This document shows positions 19,253-27,423 of a stretch of 64,000 bases of DNA, one piece after another; the first letter of the stretch is position 1, and the number at the start of each line of letters is the position of its first letter. The DNA comes from a virus. Its lineage: Duplodnaviria; Caudoviricetes. The stretch covers positions 32,001 through 96,000 of the IMG/VR virus record IMGVR_UViG_3300014205_000002; one strand, 5' to 3'. The notes beneath the pieces were generated by a model. The model was given only the letters and a program-made list of their open reading frames with translations. It made no database searches and was not told where the DNA came from. Both the position numbers and the translations under genes were made by a program.

Positions 19253-19551
19253 GCCGGCCCTACGACGCCTTCATGGCGCACATGAAGCGCGCCGCCGACG
19301 AGGAGGCCAGCCTGGCCGCCTACTTCCAGCGCAGCAAGGGCGAGCTGGCGCACAACGCCACCAGCAATGTTCTCTACGGACTCCTTAGCAACCCCCGCGG
19401 GGGCGGCCCGGTGTCCGTGATGGGGGCCAGCGCAGGGGGCGTCATCGACGGCCTGCTGTTCAAGCCCATGGTGGACGCCACCGCCCACGCGATCGGCAAG
19501 GGCCTGGCCCTGGTCGACCGCAACCGATCCCCGAAGCCAGACGCCCTATAA
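19249..19551 (+). CDS. Head-cluster hypothetical protein
   Basis: ATGA overlap with protease; 100 aa. Confidence 0.55.
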   Translation: MSRPYDAFMAHMKRAADEEASLAAYFQRSKGELAHNATSNVLYGLLSNPRGGGPVSVMGASAGGVIDGLLFKPMVDATAHAIGKGLALVDRNRSPKPDAL

Positions 19552-19553
19552 TA
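19546..19553 (+). promoter_or_regulatory. Putative late promoter CTATAATA
   Basis: Exact motif overlapping the upstream stop, before 19578. Confidence 0.7.
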
Positions 19554-19577
19554 CCTTCAAGGGAGGACACGACCGCC

Positions 19578-20063
19578 ATGACGACCCTCAATATCGAATC
19601 GCTGATCAATCAGATCACCACGAAGCGCGCCAGCGAGGATTCCGCCGCCGCCCCTGCGGCCCCTGCGCCCGCAGATACCAGCACCCCCCAGAAGCAGGCC
19701 TCGGTTGACCTCGGCACGCCCGAAGGTCTCAAAGCCAGCATCGACGCACTGTCGCCCGAGGTGAAGGCGGCCTGCATGGTCGAAGCGCTCACCATGCTCC
19801 AGGCCGACGACGCCCGCCTGGGCCTCGCCACCGCTGTCGGCGAGAAGTCCGCTGGTCAGACGGTCGACTTCCAGACGCTGACTGCCGAGGAGAAGGCATC
19901 GTTCGAGAATGCGTTCAACGACCACAGCGCCAAGCTTGCGTCGGAGAACCCAGACTACGCCCTGTTCCTGAATATCGAAGCCGTCAAGATGGCTTTCGAT
20001 CAGGGCGCAGAAGACGCCGAGCAGGAGGTCCTCAAGCGGGCCTCCGAGAAGACCGGCCAGTAG
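19578..20063 (+). CDS. Head-cluster protein (scaffold-like, KxA-rich)
   Basis: 161 aa; seven KxA motifs; paralogous to 20087-20431. Confidence 0.6.
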   Translation: MTTLNIESLINQITTKRASEDSAAAPAAPAPADTSTPQKQASVDLGTPEGLKASIDALSPEVKAACMVEALTMLQADDARLGLATAVGEKSAGQTVDFQTLTAEEKASFENAFNDHSAKLASENPDYALFLNIEAVKMAFDQGAEDAEQEVLKRASEKTGQ

Positions 20064-20086
20064 GCCGGGCGCGAAGGAGAACCCCT

Positions 20087-20431
20087 ATGTCCGCTTTCGA
20101 TCAGTTTTTCAATGGCATCACCGCTGCGCCCGCAACGCCCGCCGTCAAACAGGCCGCCGAGACCCAGGTCAAAGTAGCCTTCGACTCGCCGGCGGAAGAG
20201 GCCTTCTGGGAGGGCCTCGCCAGTGGCGACAAGCAGGCGGCCCGCTCCGGCGACGACACCATCGCCGCCAAGGACCTGTTTGAGGACATCTTCGACCTCC
20301 ACACGACCAAGTTGGCGTCAACCAACCCCGAGTACGCCCATGTCCTGCGCGTCCTGGCCGTGAAAGAGGCCTTCGAGGCCGGGCACGACGAGACGATAGC
20401 CTCGGCTCAGGCCGTCGGCATCGTCCAGTAG
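20087..20431 (+). CDS. Head-cluster protein, paralogue of 19578-20063
   Basis: Shared KLASxNPxYA...AVKxAF motif. Confidence 0.6.
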   Translation: MSAFDQFFNGITAAPATPAVKQAAETQVKVAFDSPAEEAFWEGLASGDKQAARSGDDTIAAKDLFEDIFDLHTTKLASTNPEYAHVLRVLAVKEAFEAGHDETIASAQAVGIVQ

Positions 20432-20441
20432 GGGCGCGCCG

Positions 20442-20735
20442 ATGAAAACCTGGCAGACCGATGTCGACGACCTGCGAAAGCAGGCGTCTGACAAGATGCG
20501 GGAAGCCGCAGACATACTCGCGGTCGCCAGCCAGGAGAAGGCAGCGAGCCAGGACGAGTCCGATCGGGCGATCATCGACAAGAAGCTCGCCTCGATCTAC
20601 ACGAACCTGCTCTATGCGGATCTGGCGAAGACGGCAACCGAGGCCATCAAGTCGGCCAGGCAGATCCCCGCTGCCGCCCCCGGCATGGCCCATGCGGGCC
20701 TGGTCGCCCAGGCTCTACTCTTGAGGGCCGTCTAA
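20442..20735 (+). CDS. Head-cluster hypothetical protein
   Basis: 97 aa; five KxA motifs. Confidence 0.55.
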   Translation: MKTWQTDVDDLRKQASDKMREAADILAVASQEKAASQDESDRAIIDKKLASIYTNLLYADLAKTATEAIKSARQIPAAAPGMAHAGLVAQALLLRAV

Positions 20736-20737
20736 AC

Positions 20738-21241
20738 ATGGATCGCGCGACCAGTCACTGGCTCGCCAAGGCCGCCGAGGCACTCGCCCCGGCGGTCGAT
20801 CCTGCCTGCACGGCTGCCGACGCGCTGACGCTGATCGCCTACGGTGAGATCGCCAAGCGCGCGGCGATCGATCTCGGCAACGAGATCGAGCATCCTTTTA
20901 AGCGCTACTGGCTCCACCGGGTCGGCGGAGCCGCCGCAGGCGCTGCGGCCGGAGCTGGCGTATCAGCGCTTGCGGGCAGCCGAGGCCTGGCCCTGGTGCC
21001 CGGCGCGCTCGCCGGTGCATTCGTGGGTGAAAAGGGCGGGGAGATCAAGAGTCTCGCCAACCACGCCCGTGCGGTCGATGAACTGGAACTTTCGGGGCAC
21101 CATGTGCCGGATGCGGTACGCCATCCCCACCTCTATGGGACCGTGGCCCACCATGCGGCCGTTCGCGGAATGAAAGATCGCGTCGCAGCCGCCCAGGCGA
21201 TGATGCTGTCCGCCATGCCGATCGAGCCCCCAGCGCCATGA
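20738..21241 (+). CDS. Head-cluster protein with glycine-zipper segment
   Basis: 167 aa; GGAAAGAAAGAG...GALAGAFVG. Confidence 0.55.
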   Translation: MDRATSHWLAKAAEALAPAVDPACTAADALTLIAYGEIAKRAAIDLGNEIEHPFKRYWLHRVGGAAAGAAAGAGVSALAGSRGLALVPGALAGAFVGEKGGEIKSLANHARAVDELELSGHHVPDAVRHPHLYGTVAHHAAVRGMKDRVAAAQAMMLSAMPIEPPAP

Positions 21242-22191
21242 TCAACCCGCAGATGCACCGTGCCATCGTCCGGCCCGAGAACAGCAGCCTGATCCTCGGG
21301 GGTCTGCATCACCTGGCGTCCGGTGCCGCCAAGCTTGTCGGCAAGGAACTGCCAAAGCATCTCGACCCCGCCGAACTGGGGGCCGCTGCCGCACGCGGGG
21401 CGGAGCGGATCGACTTCCATGCGGGACGTGCGGCCCAGTCGATCGCGCGCCACGCCGGCCTGGATGCGCATCTGCCCAAGGGGCTGTTCGCGCGCAGTGA
21501 ACAGGCCACTCTGTCGAGCAAGCGGATCCGCGCCCTGGGCGACGAAATAGACGGCCTGCGCACCACCGATGCGACCAAGGCTAAGGCCCTTGAGGACGAT
21601 CTGAATACGCTCGTGAAAACTCACTATAATAAGGGCGAGACCTTCCAGGGACTGCGGGACTTGGCGAGCGACGACTCATTCGCGGCAACGCTCCACAACG
21701 TGGAGGTGCCAAGCCTCACCGGCGAAGCCGGCAAGATGGTCAAGAACGTCGGAACCGACGTCGCCGCCATCTACGGAGCGGGTGAGATCACCGAGAAAGT
21801 TCGCCAGGCCCGTGCATCTGGTTCCGGACCGACCAATCTCCCATCGCGAGGGAAACCCGATATGACTGATTCCTACGCCAAGGCCGCGACCCTCATGAAA
21901 GAGGCCGCCGAGCTGTTTGATGCCGCATCCGTGAAGGAGCGTGCGTGCAAGCAGGCCCAGCAGCTCCTGGACGAGAGCGCGATCGATGCGGGGGAGTTCC
22001 CGAAGTATGCGGCACTGTTTGAAAAGCAGTCCGCGGAGGACGCCGACACGATGGTTGCGGGGATGCTCCGCGGCCATGCGGGCTCTAGCAAGAGCGCGAG
22101 TTTTGGTGATCCCGTTCCCATTTCCGATGCTCAGGCCGAAGGCGGCCAAGGCCGCTTTGAAGCCCTGTGTCGGTCGAAGGCCGGCCACTGA
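21238..22191 (+). CDS. Head-cluster protein, probably with an in-frame internal gene from 21862
   Basis: 317-aa ORF; internal CTATAATA at 21624-21631 and GAGGG RBS before ATG 21862. Confidence 0.55.
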   Translation: MINPQMHRAIVRPENSSLILGGLHHLASGAAKLVGKELPKHLDPAELGAAAARGAERIDFHAGRAAQSIARHAGLDAHLPKGLFARSEQATLSSKRIRALGDEIDGLRTTDATKAKALEDDLNTLVKTHYNKGETFQGLRDLASDDSFAATLHNVEVPSLTGEAGKMVKNVGTDVAAIYGAGEITEKVRQARASGSGPTNLPSRGKPDMTDSYAKAATLMKEAAELFDAASVKERACKQAQQLLDESAIDAGEFPKYAALFEKQSAEDADTMVAGMLRGHAGSSKSASFGDPVPISDAQAEGGQGRFEALCRSKAGH

Positions 22192-22249
22192 CCCGCTCTA
22201 GCGAGCAACCCCACAACCCTGCATTCCCACTGATTCAAGGAGGACCCTG

Positions 22250-22801
22250 ATGTCTGCCATCAGCTTCGGCACCCCCGGCATGCCCAAGAAGACTTTCAAG
22301 GACGGCGGATTCGATCTGCTGACCTCGCCCCTCGCGAAGGTGCCCTGCAAGCTCGCGCCGTCGGCTCTCGTAGCCCCGCTCGCGATCAAGGATGGCCTGT
22401 TCGTCGCGCCTTCGGCGGTCGTCGGCGAGGAGGGCCACTTCGTACTGGCCTCGGACGCCGAGCGCTCGCTCTACCTGGTCTTCACCGGGAACACCCAGGT
22501 GATCCTCGGCAACCCGTTGCCGACGGACAACTACCCCGGCGAGGAGCGGACCGATACCGTCACCGGTATGCTCGGCTCCGTGGTCGGAATTTTCCCGGCT
22601 GATCGTCTGACGATCGGCCTCGTCGGCGGCGCTGCCGTCGCGCTGAGCACGTATGCCGCCAACTTGCCCCTCACGGTCAAGAACGGCAAGCTCTGCCCAG
22701 CCAACCACGGCACCAACACCGGCGAGCGGGTGGTGGCCTATGTCGAGTTCGATTCCGCCCAGATCGGCGACAACTCGATTCAGGTCCGGACGCTCGGCTA
22801 A
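22250..22801 (+). CDS. Capsid decoration/minor head protein candidate
   Basis: 183 aa, beta-rich, immediately upstream of MCP; AAGGAGG RBS. Confidence 0.55.
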   Translation: MSAISFGTPGMPKKTFKDGGFDLLTSPLAKVPCKLAPSALVAPLAIKDGLFVAPSAVVGEEGHFVLASDAERSLYLVFTGNTQVILGNPLPTDNYPGEERTDTVTGMLGSVVGIFPADRLTIGLVGGAAVALSTYAANLPLTVKNGKLCPANHGTNTGERVVAYVEFDSAQIGDNSIQVRTLG

Positions 22802-22828
22802 CCCCCCACCCGCATCAACAAGGAGACC

Positions 22829-23785
22829 GTGATGTCTTTCGCGAATACCAGCGCATCCCCGAACCCCATGGATGCGCGCATGATGAACCAGGGCTTCCTG
22901 AACCTGGTCAAGGAAGGCCCCGACGGGGTCAAGCAAGCTGCAACGGGCATCAACGAGGACATCATCCTCACGACGCTCCGTGAAGACGGCATCGCGCGCC
23001 GCGTGATGCCCTTCGCCCCGATCACCGCAGATCAGCTCGTGGTGGACATCAATAATCCTGATGTCCCAATGACAACAGTACCAGTGGAACCCTCTTTTGG
23101 CGAGTATATCGCCATGGCCGTCGACTACATGCAGGCGTCGAAGGATCTCTGGTTCCGCACCCAGGTCGCTCCCGTCTACTTCAAGCCGATCAAGACGAAG
23201 ACCCTCAAGATGCACGAGGCGCAGCTCCTGGCGTCGCCTTTCCCCATCAAGACCTTCATCGAGTCGGTCGCGCGCAACGACATGCTCGCCGTCGAGGACC
23301 ACTTCCTGATCGGTGCCATCGAGCGCTGCGTCGCGAAGTACGCCGCGACGAACAACATCAGCTCGCTGGGCACCCTCGACAAGGACCACATCGCCGACGC
23401 CACGCAGGCGATGGTCAACAACCGCCTGTCTGCGGAGATGATTCTTGTCAATGAGGTAACTTACCTCGATATTTTGCGCTGGAAGTCCGATACGTACGGT
23501 AGCCATGTTGTCAAAGACCTGGTCGACTTCGGACCCAAGGGCGAGGCCCTCAAGTACAAGTCGTGGATGGGCTTCCGCTGGATCCTGACCAACAACCAGG
23601 ACATCATCGCGAAGGACACGCTCTACTACCTCCCCTCCCTCAAGTACCTCGGCATCGCGTACATGTTGGCGGATGCGGAACAGTGGATCGAGTACCGCGA
23701 CGGCGTGCTCAGCACGAACACCCGCGAGATCATCGGGCGCAACCTGGTGAACGCCCGTGCGCCGATCAAGCAGAACCTGACCTAA
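22829..23785 (+). CDS. Major capsid protein (HK97 fold inferred)
   Basis: 318 aa; LREDGIARRVMP and NDMLAVEDHFLI patterns; strong codon bias; between protease and neck genes; followed by a hairpin. Confidence 0.8.
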   Translation: MMSFANTSASPNPMDARMMNQGFLNLVKEGPDGVKQAATGINEDIILTTLREDGIARRVMPFAPITADQLVVDINNPDVPMTTVPVEPSFGEYIAMAVDYMQASKDLWFRTQVAPVYFKPIKTKTLKMHEAQLLASPFPIKTFIESVARNDMLAVEDHFLIGAIERCVAKYAATNNISSLGTLDKDHIADATQAMVNNRLSAEMILVNEVTYLDILRWKSDTYGSHVVKDLVDFGPKGEALKYKSWMGFRWILTNNQDIIAKDTLYYLPSLKYLGIAYMLADAEQWIEYRDGVLSTNTREIIGRNLVNARAPIKQNLT

Positions 23786-23795
23786 CGGGTCCGAC

Positions 23796-23829
23796 CGATG
23801 GGTCACGTGCTGAGGCGCGTGGCCCATCG
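23796..23829 (+). terminator. Hairpin after MCP
   Basis: CGATGGGTCACGTGC-TGAG-GCGCGTGGCCCATCG followed by a pyrimidine-rich run. Confidence 0.6.
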
Positions 23830-23864
23830 TCTCTGCTGTCCTTTCAAGACAAGGAGTCTCTCTC

Positions 23865-24329
23865 ATGCGTGAGCGCGAACGCAATCAGAACCAGGTTTGG
23901 TTCGTCAAGAACCACACTGGTGGCGCAATTCAGGTTGCCAACAAGCAGATCCCAGGCCACCAGGAGGCTCCCGTGACGGAGAAACTCCTGCGCCCGTGGG
24001 ACGAAAGGGGCGGTCACCGGATGCGTGACGCCGGCAAGATCAGCTACCATGACAAGGCGTCCGAGCCGGATGAAAGCGTGACGGTGACAGCCACGACCGA
24101 CCCCGACGAGGACGAGAACCAGCGCCGCCGATCGGCCGAGGCCTCGATTGCCGCAGACGCCCAGCGGGATGCGGAGATGGCCGCCGAGAAGCGACGCGAA
24201 GAAGAACAACAGGCCGAAGCCGAGAAGAAGGCCGAAGCCGATCGGATCGAGGCCGAGAAAAAGGCCGAAGCCGAGAAGAAGGCCAAGACCGACGCCGAGG
24301 CCGAGAAGAAGTCCAACAGGGGCAAGTAG
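23865..24329 (+). CDS. Hypothetical protein with EAEKKA repeats
   Basis: 154 aa; low-complexity charged C-terminus; AAGGAG RBS. Confidence 0.65.
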   Translation: MRERERNQNQVWFVKNHTGGAIQVANKQIPGHQEAPVTEKLLRPWDERGGHRMRDAGKISYHDKASEPDESVTVTATTDPDEDENQRRRSAEASIAADAQRDAEMAAEKRREEEQQAEAEKKAEADRIEAEKKAEAEKKAKTDAEAEKKSNRGK

Positions 24330-24344
24330 CCCAGGCTGCTGCGG

Positions 24345-24378
24345 AGCGCCCCGCCGGTGACGGCGCGGGCGCTTCTTC
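24345..24378 (+). terminator. Putative intrinsic terminator
   Basis: GAGCGCCCCGCCG-GTGA-CGGCGCGGGCGCTT then CTT. Confidence 0.5.
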
Positions 24379-24427
24379 GTGTCCGAAGAAGTGAGCAAAC
24401 TTCGGACACCCTGCAAGGAGAGACGAC

Positions 24428-24889
24428 ATGGCCGCCAAAGACGACCTAATGGCGAATGACCCCGCCTGCGCGGTGACCGTCGAGCAGCTGCGCAGTCAGC
24501 TCCGCGACAGACCCCAGTTCAACGAGGTCTGGCCCGAGTGCTGGAGCGACGGCGATCTGGCAGGCTGCATCATCGACGCGATCGCCGATTTCAACGGCTC
24601 GCCGCCGATCGACACGGGCTTCGATCACCTCAACTTCCCCGACCGCAAGCTGCTCACGGACATGGCCGTCGTGCAGGCGCTGGAAGAGGTGATCATCTGG
24701 CATGCGCGCAACCAGAACTCGACGACCGACGCCGGCCTCCAGATCAACATCCACGAGCAGTGGCAGGGCCTCCAGGCCATCGTCGATCGCCTGACGCCGC
24801 GCATCGACAAGCGCGTCGCCGACAAGAAGAACCAGATCAACATCGCGCGCGGCTGGGGCGGCGTCCGCTCGCCGCTCTGGTATGGCTAG
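24428..24889 (+). CDS. Head-tail adaptor/neck protein candidate
   Basis: 153 aa, helical; LRSQLRD...SDGDLAGCIIDAIADFN; downstream of MCP. Confidence 0.6.
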   Translation: MAAKDDLMANDPACAVTVEQLRSQLRDRPQFNEVWPECWSDGDLAGCIIDAIADFNGSPPIDTGFDHLNFPDRKLLTDMAVVQALEEVIIWHARNQNSTTDAGLQINIHEQWQGLQAIVDRLTPRIDKRVADKKNQINIARGWGGVRSPLWYG

Positions 24890-24928
24890 GCCCATGCGCG
24901 CCTCCATCCAGTCTTAGGAGGTCAGGTA

Positions 24929-25876
24929 GTGAGTCTGCGTCTGGACGTCCTGTTCGTGGGCGACGATCGAGTGGCGCTGCGCTGGCGGCTCCAGGACATC
25001 GTCTTCGCCCCGGTGAGCTACGCGCTCTTTCGTTCGGGGAACGCTGGGACCGGCTTTGAGCCCGTCGCCGAGGGCCTCGCCGTCGAGAGCTACCTCGACG
25101 GCATCGAGCTGCGCAGCAAGTTCAAGCCAGCCTTCTACCGGGTCGTCGCGACCATCGGCGCGGTGGTGGTCGAGAGCAATACCGTCGCCATCACCGCGCG
25201 CCCCAATGAGGATGTCCTGATGCTCCAGCGCCGCGAGCGCTGGAAGCTCGGGCGCTCCGAGGGTGCCCCGGCCATGCTCTACACGCGCCGGCGCTCGGGC
25301 CCCTTGTGTCCGGTCTGCGTGACCACGCGTGAGCAGGGTGCCTGGGACAACGACTGCCGGACCTGCTACGGCACGGGCCTGCGCCGCGGCTACTACCCGC
25401 CCTTGCCCATCTACGTGGCCCAGCAGAGCCTCGACCAGGAGGGCTCGAACATCACGGCCGAGCGCGTGATCGAGAGCAGCCCCGCGAACCTCTGGACCAG
25501 CAACTGGTCGATCATCAACCCCGAGGACGTGATCATCGAGATGACGCCGCCCAACCACGTCTGGATCGTCAACGGCGTGCAGCGCACGAGTCGACTGCGT
25601 GCGGGCGTGCGCCAGCTCCTGAACGCCAAGCCGGCCGACAAGGGTGGCGCGCTCCACCACCTGCCGATCCCTGACTTCCCGTTCCCCGATCGCTCAGAGG
25701 TCTTCTTCCAGGACCTCCAGGGCCAGGGGCGCGACTTCGACACCCTCTTCGCCGAAAGGATCCGCGTCTATGTTGAAAATATCCTGCCGGACGCTCCGGA
25801 TGGGCCCCAAGCTTACCAGCCTCCAGCTCCGCCAGTCGCTGGCCCCCGCAACCCCGACAGCGGGTTCTTCGCTTAG
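24929..25876 (+). CDS. Neck/head-closure protein candidate with Zn finger
   Basis: CPVC...CRTCYGTG...GYYPP; follows the adaptor. Confidence 0.55.
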   Translation: MSLRLDVLFVGDDRVALRWRLQDIVFAPVSYALFRSGNAGTGFEPVAEGLAVESYLDGIELRSKFKPAFYRVVATIGAVVVESNTVAITARPNEDVLMLQRRERWKLGRSEGAPAMLYTRRRSGPLCPVCVTTREQGAWDNDCRTCYGTGLRRGYYPPLPIYVAQQSLDQEGSNITAERVIESSPANLWTSNWSIINPEDVIIEMTPPNHVWIVNGVQRTSRLRAGVRQLLNAKPADKGGALHHLPIPDFPFPDRSEVFFQDLQGQGRDFDTLFAERIRVYVENILPDAPDGPQAYQPPAPPVAGPRNPDSGFFA

Positions 25877-25888
25877 GCCTGCACTGGT

Positions 25889-26641
25889 TCAGGCGACGGC
25901 GTTGTTGCCTGTGCCCTGAATCGAGAACGACGCGCTGCCGCCTGGCCCCTGGGTCGGGCTGTCGATCGCGTCGTTGTTGGCCCCGACGTTGAAGGCCTGC
26001 TCACCGCCGACAGCGATCACCATGTTCTTCATGGGCACGATCCGCGAGAACGCGATCTGGCAGTACTCCATGATGATGATCTGGTCGGTGCTGATCGGCT
26101 TCGCGTGCTGGCCGATCATGCAGCGCTCCCAGTACTCGGCGCTGATGGGCTCCAGGTTCTCGGTCATCATGACCAGGTAGAGCCCGAACGGCACGTTGAG
26201 CAGATCCGAGTCGAGCCCGACCATCTGCCGGTAGGTCCACTGCCCGCCGGCGGGGTCGGAGTGGTATTTGGAGTCGAGGTTGTAGGCCCAGCGGTAGAGC
26301 ATGCCAACCAGGTTGGCGTCGCGGCCGAGCACCCGGTTGAGTGTGACGGCATGCTGAAAGGCCCCGCCGACGTAGCGGGTGTAGCGGTTGCCCAACTCCT
26401 TGATGCCTTGCAACTGGCGGGAGCTGGTTGGGTTCACGCTCGTGATCATGCCGATCGGCGTGATGAACTTCTGTAGCTCAAGGGCCGCCGGCACCGTCGG
26501 CGGCCCTGAGAACAGGAAGGTGTAGCCGGGCTGGGCGAGCTCTTGCGGTAGCTCGTCCTTCCACACGGCCTTCTCGAACGGATTCGCGTCCGAGATCGAC
26601 CGCATGGCGTCATACCGCAGCTGGTTGAGGAAGTTCGCCAC
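25889..26641 (-). CDS. Tail tube protein 2
   Basis: Paralogue of 26657-27385 (LFSGPP, PIG, E.G, VPFG, EY.ERC.I); downstream of sheath. Confidence 0.7.
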   Translation of the reverse strand: MANFLNQLRYDAMRSISDANPFEKAVWKDELPQELAQPGYTFLFSGPPTVPAALELQKFITPIGMITSVNPTSSRQLQGIKELGNRYTRYVGGAFQHAVTLNRVLGRDANLVGMLYRWAYNLDSKYHSDPAGGQWTYRQMVGLDSDLLNVPFGLYLVMMTENLEPISAEYWERCMIGQHAKPISTDQIIIMEYCQIAFSRIVPMKNMVIAVGGEQAFNVGANNDAIDSPTQGPGGSASFSIQGTGNNAVA

Positions 26642-26656
26642 GTGTGGGTCTCCTCG

Positions 26657-27385
26657 TTACGCGACGGTGCTGTTGCCCAGCTCCATGATGTACTCAATGT
26701 TGTGCAGATCGGCGACGTTGAGCGTGATCGTGTCGGCGGGGACCTTGCGGGTCACACGCATCGCGACCTGCTCGACGATCAGCGGGTTGCCGGCCTGGAC
26801 GGTCTTGCCCTTCTGGGCGATCAGGCAGCGCTCGTAGTACTCCTTGGAGACCACGTTGCCGCCGGCGGTCACGGTCACGAGCAGCATGCCGAACGGCACG
26901 CGGAACAGATCCGAGAACATGCTGGTGAGGTGCGCCTTGCCGGGGCCGTCCTTCTCGCCAGGTGCGAACATGAACTGGGTCGGCTTCTCGTTGAGCTTGG
27001 CGATCCAGGCGTACAGCGCATGGGGCAGGTTGGAGTGGTAGGTCAGCACGCGGCCCATCTGAGCCTGGGTCTGCGGGGTGCCGGCCGCCTGGCGCTCCAG
27101 CACCGAGCCCATCTCATTGAAGGGCACGATGCGCGGCACCTCGGTGTCGTTGAAGTTCTGCACCGCGCCGATCGGCACGAGCAGATCCGAGATGCTTTGC
27201 GCGTTCGCGCCGCCCGGGTTCAATACCGGCGGGCCCGAGAACAGGATCGTGGCCTCGCCACTGGCCACGTTGTTCGGGTCGTCGTCGAACTGGACCACGC
27301 GGTTCATGAAGTCGTAGTCGTTGACGCCGGTGGTAACGGGGTGCAGCAGGCCCTGGTTCTTGAGGAACTGGCTGATGGTCGTCAT
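26657..27385 (-). CDS. Tail tube protein 1
   Basis: PIGAVQNF...PFNEMGS; directly after sheath. Confidence 0.7.
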   Translation of the reverse strand: MTTISQFLKNQGLLHPVTTGVNDYDFMNRVVQFDDDPNNVASGEATILFSGPPVLNPGGANAQSISDLLVPIGAVQNFNDTEVPRIVPFNEMGSVLERQAAGTPQTQAQMGRVLTYHSNLPHALYAWIAKLNEKPTQFMFAPGEKDGPGKAHLTSMFSDLFRVPFGMLLVTVTAGGNVVSKEYYERCLIAQKGKTVQAGNPLIVEQVAMRVTRKVPADTITLNVADLHNIEYIMELGNSTVA

Positions 27386-27423
27386 CGTGGGTTATCTCCT
27401 TCTGCGGGGGAAAGTCCCGGGCC

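Noticed and set aside
22235-23884. Long antisense or alternative-frame ORFs (e.g. 22235-23884 -, 35810-37471 +, 42603-44093 +, 48029-49138 -)
   Set aside because: Shadow ORFs expected in high-GC DNA; they overlap genes that have clear motifs and RBSs
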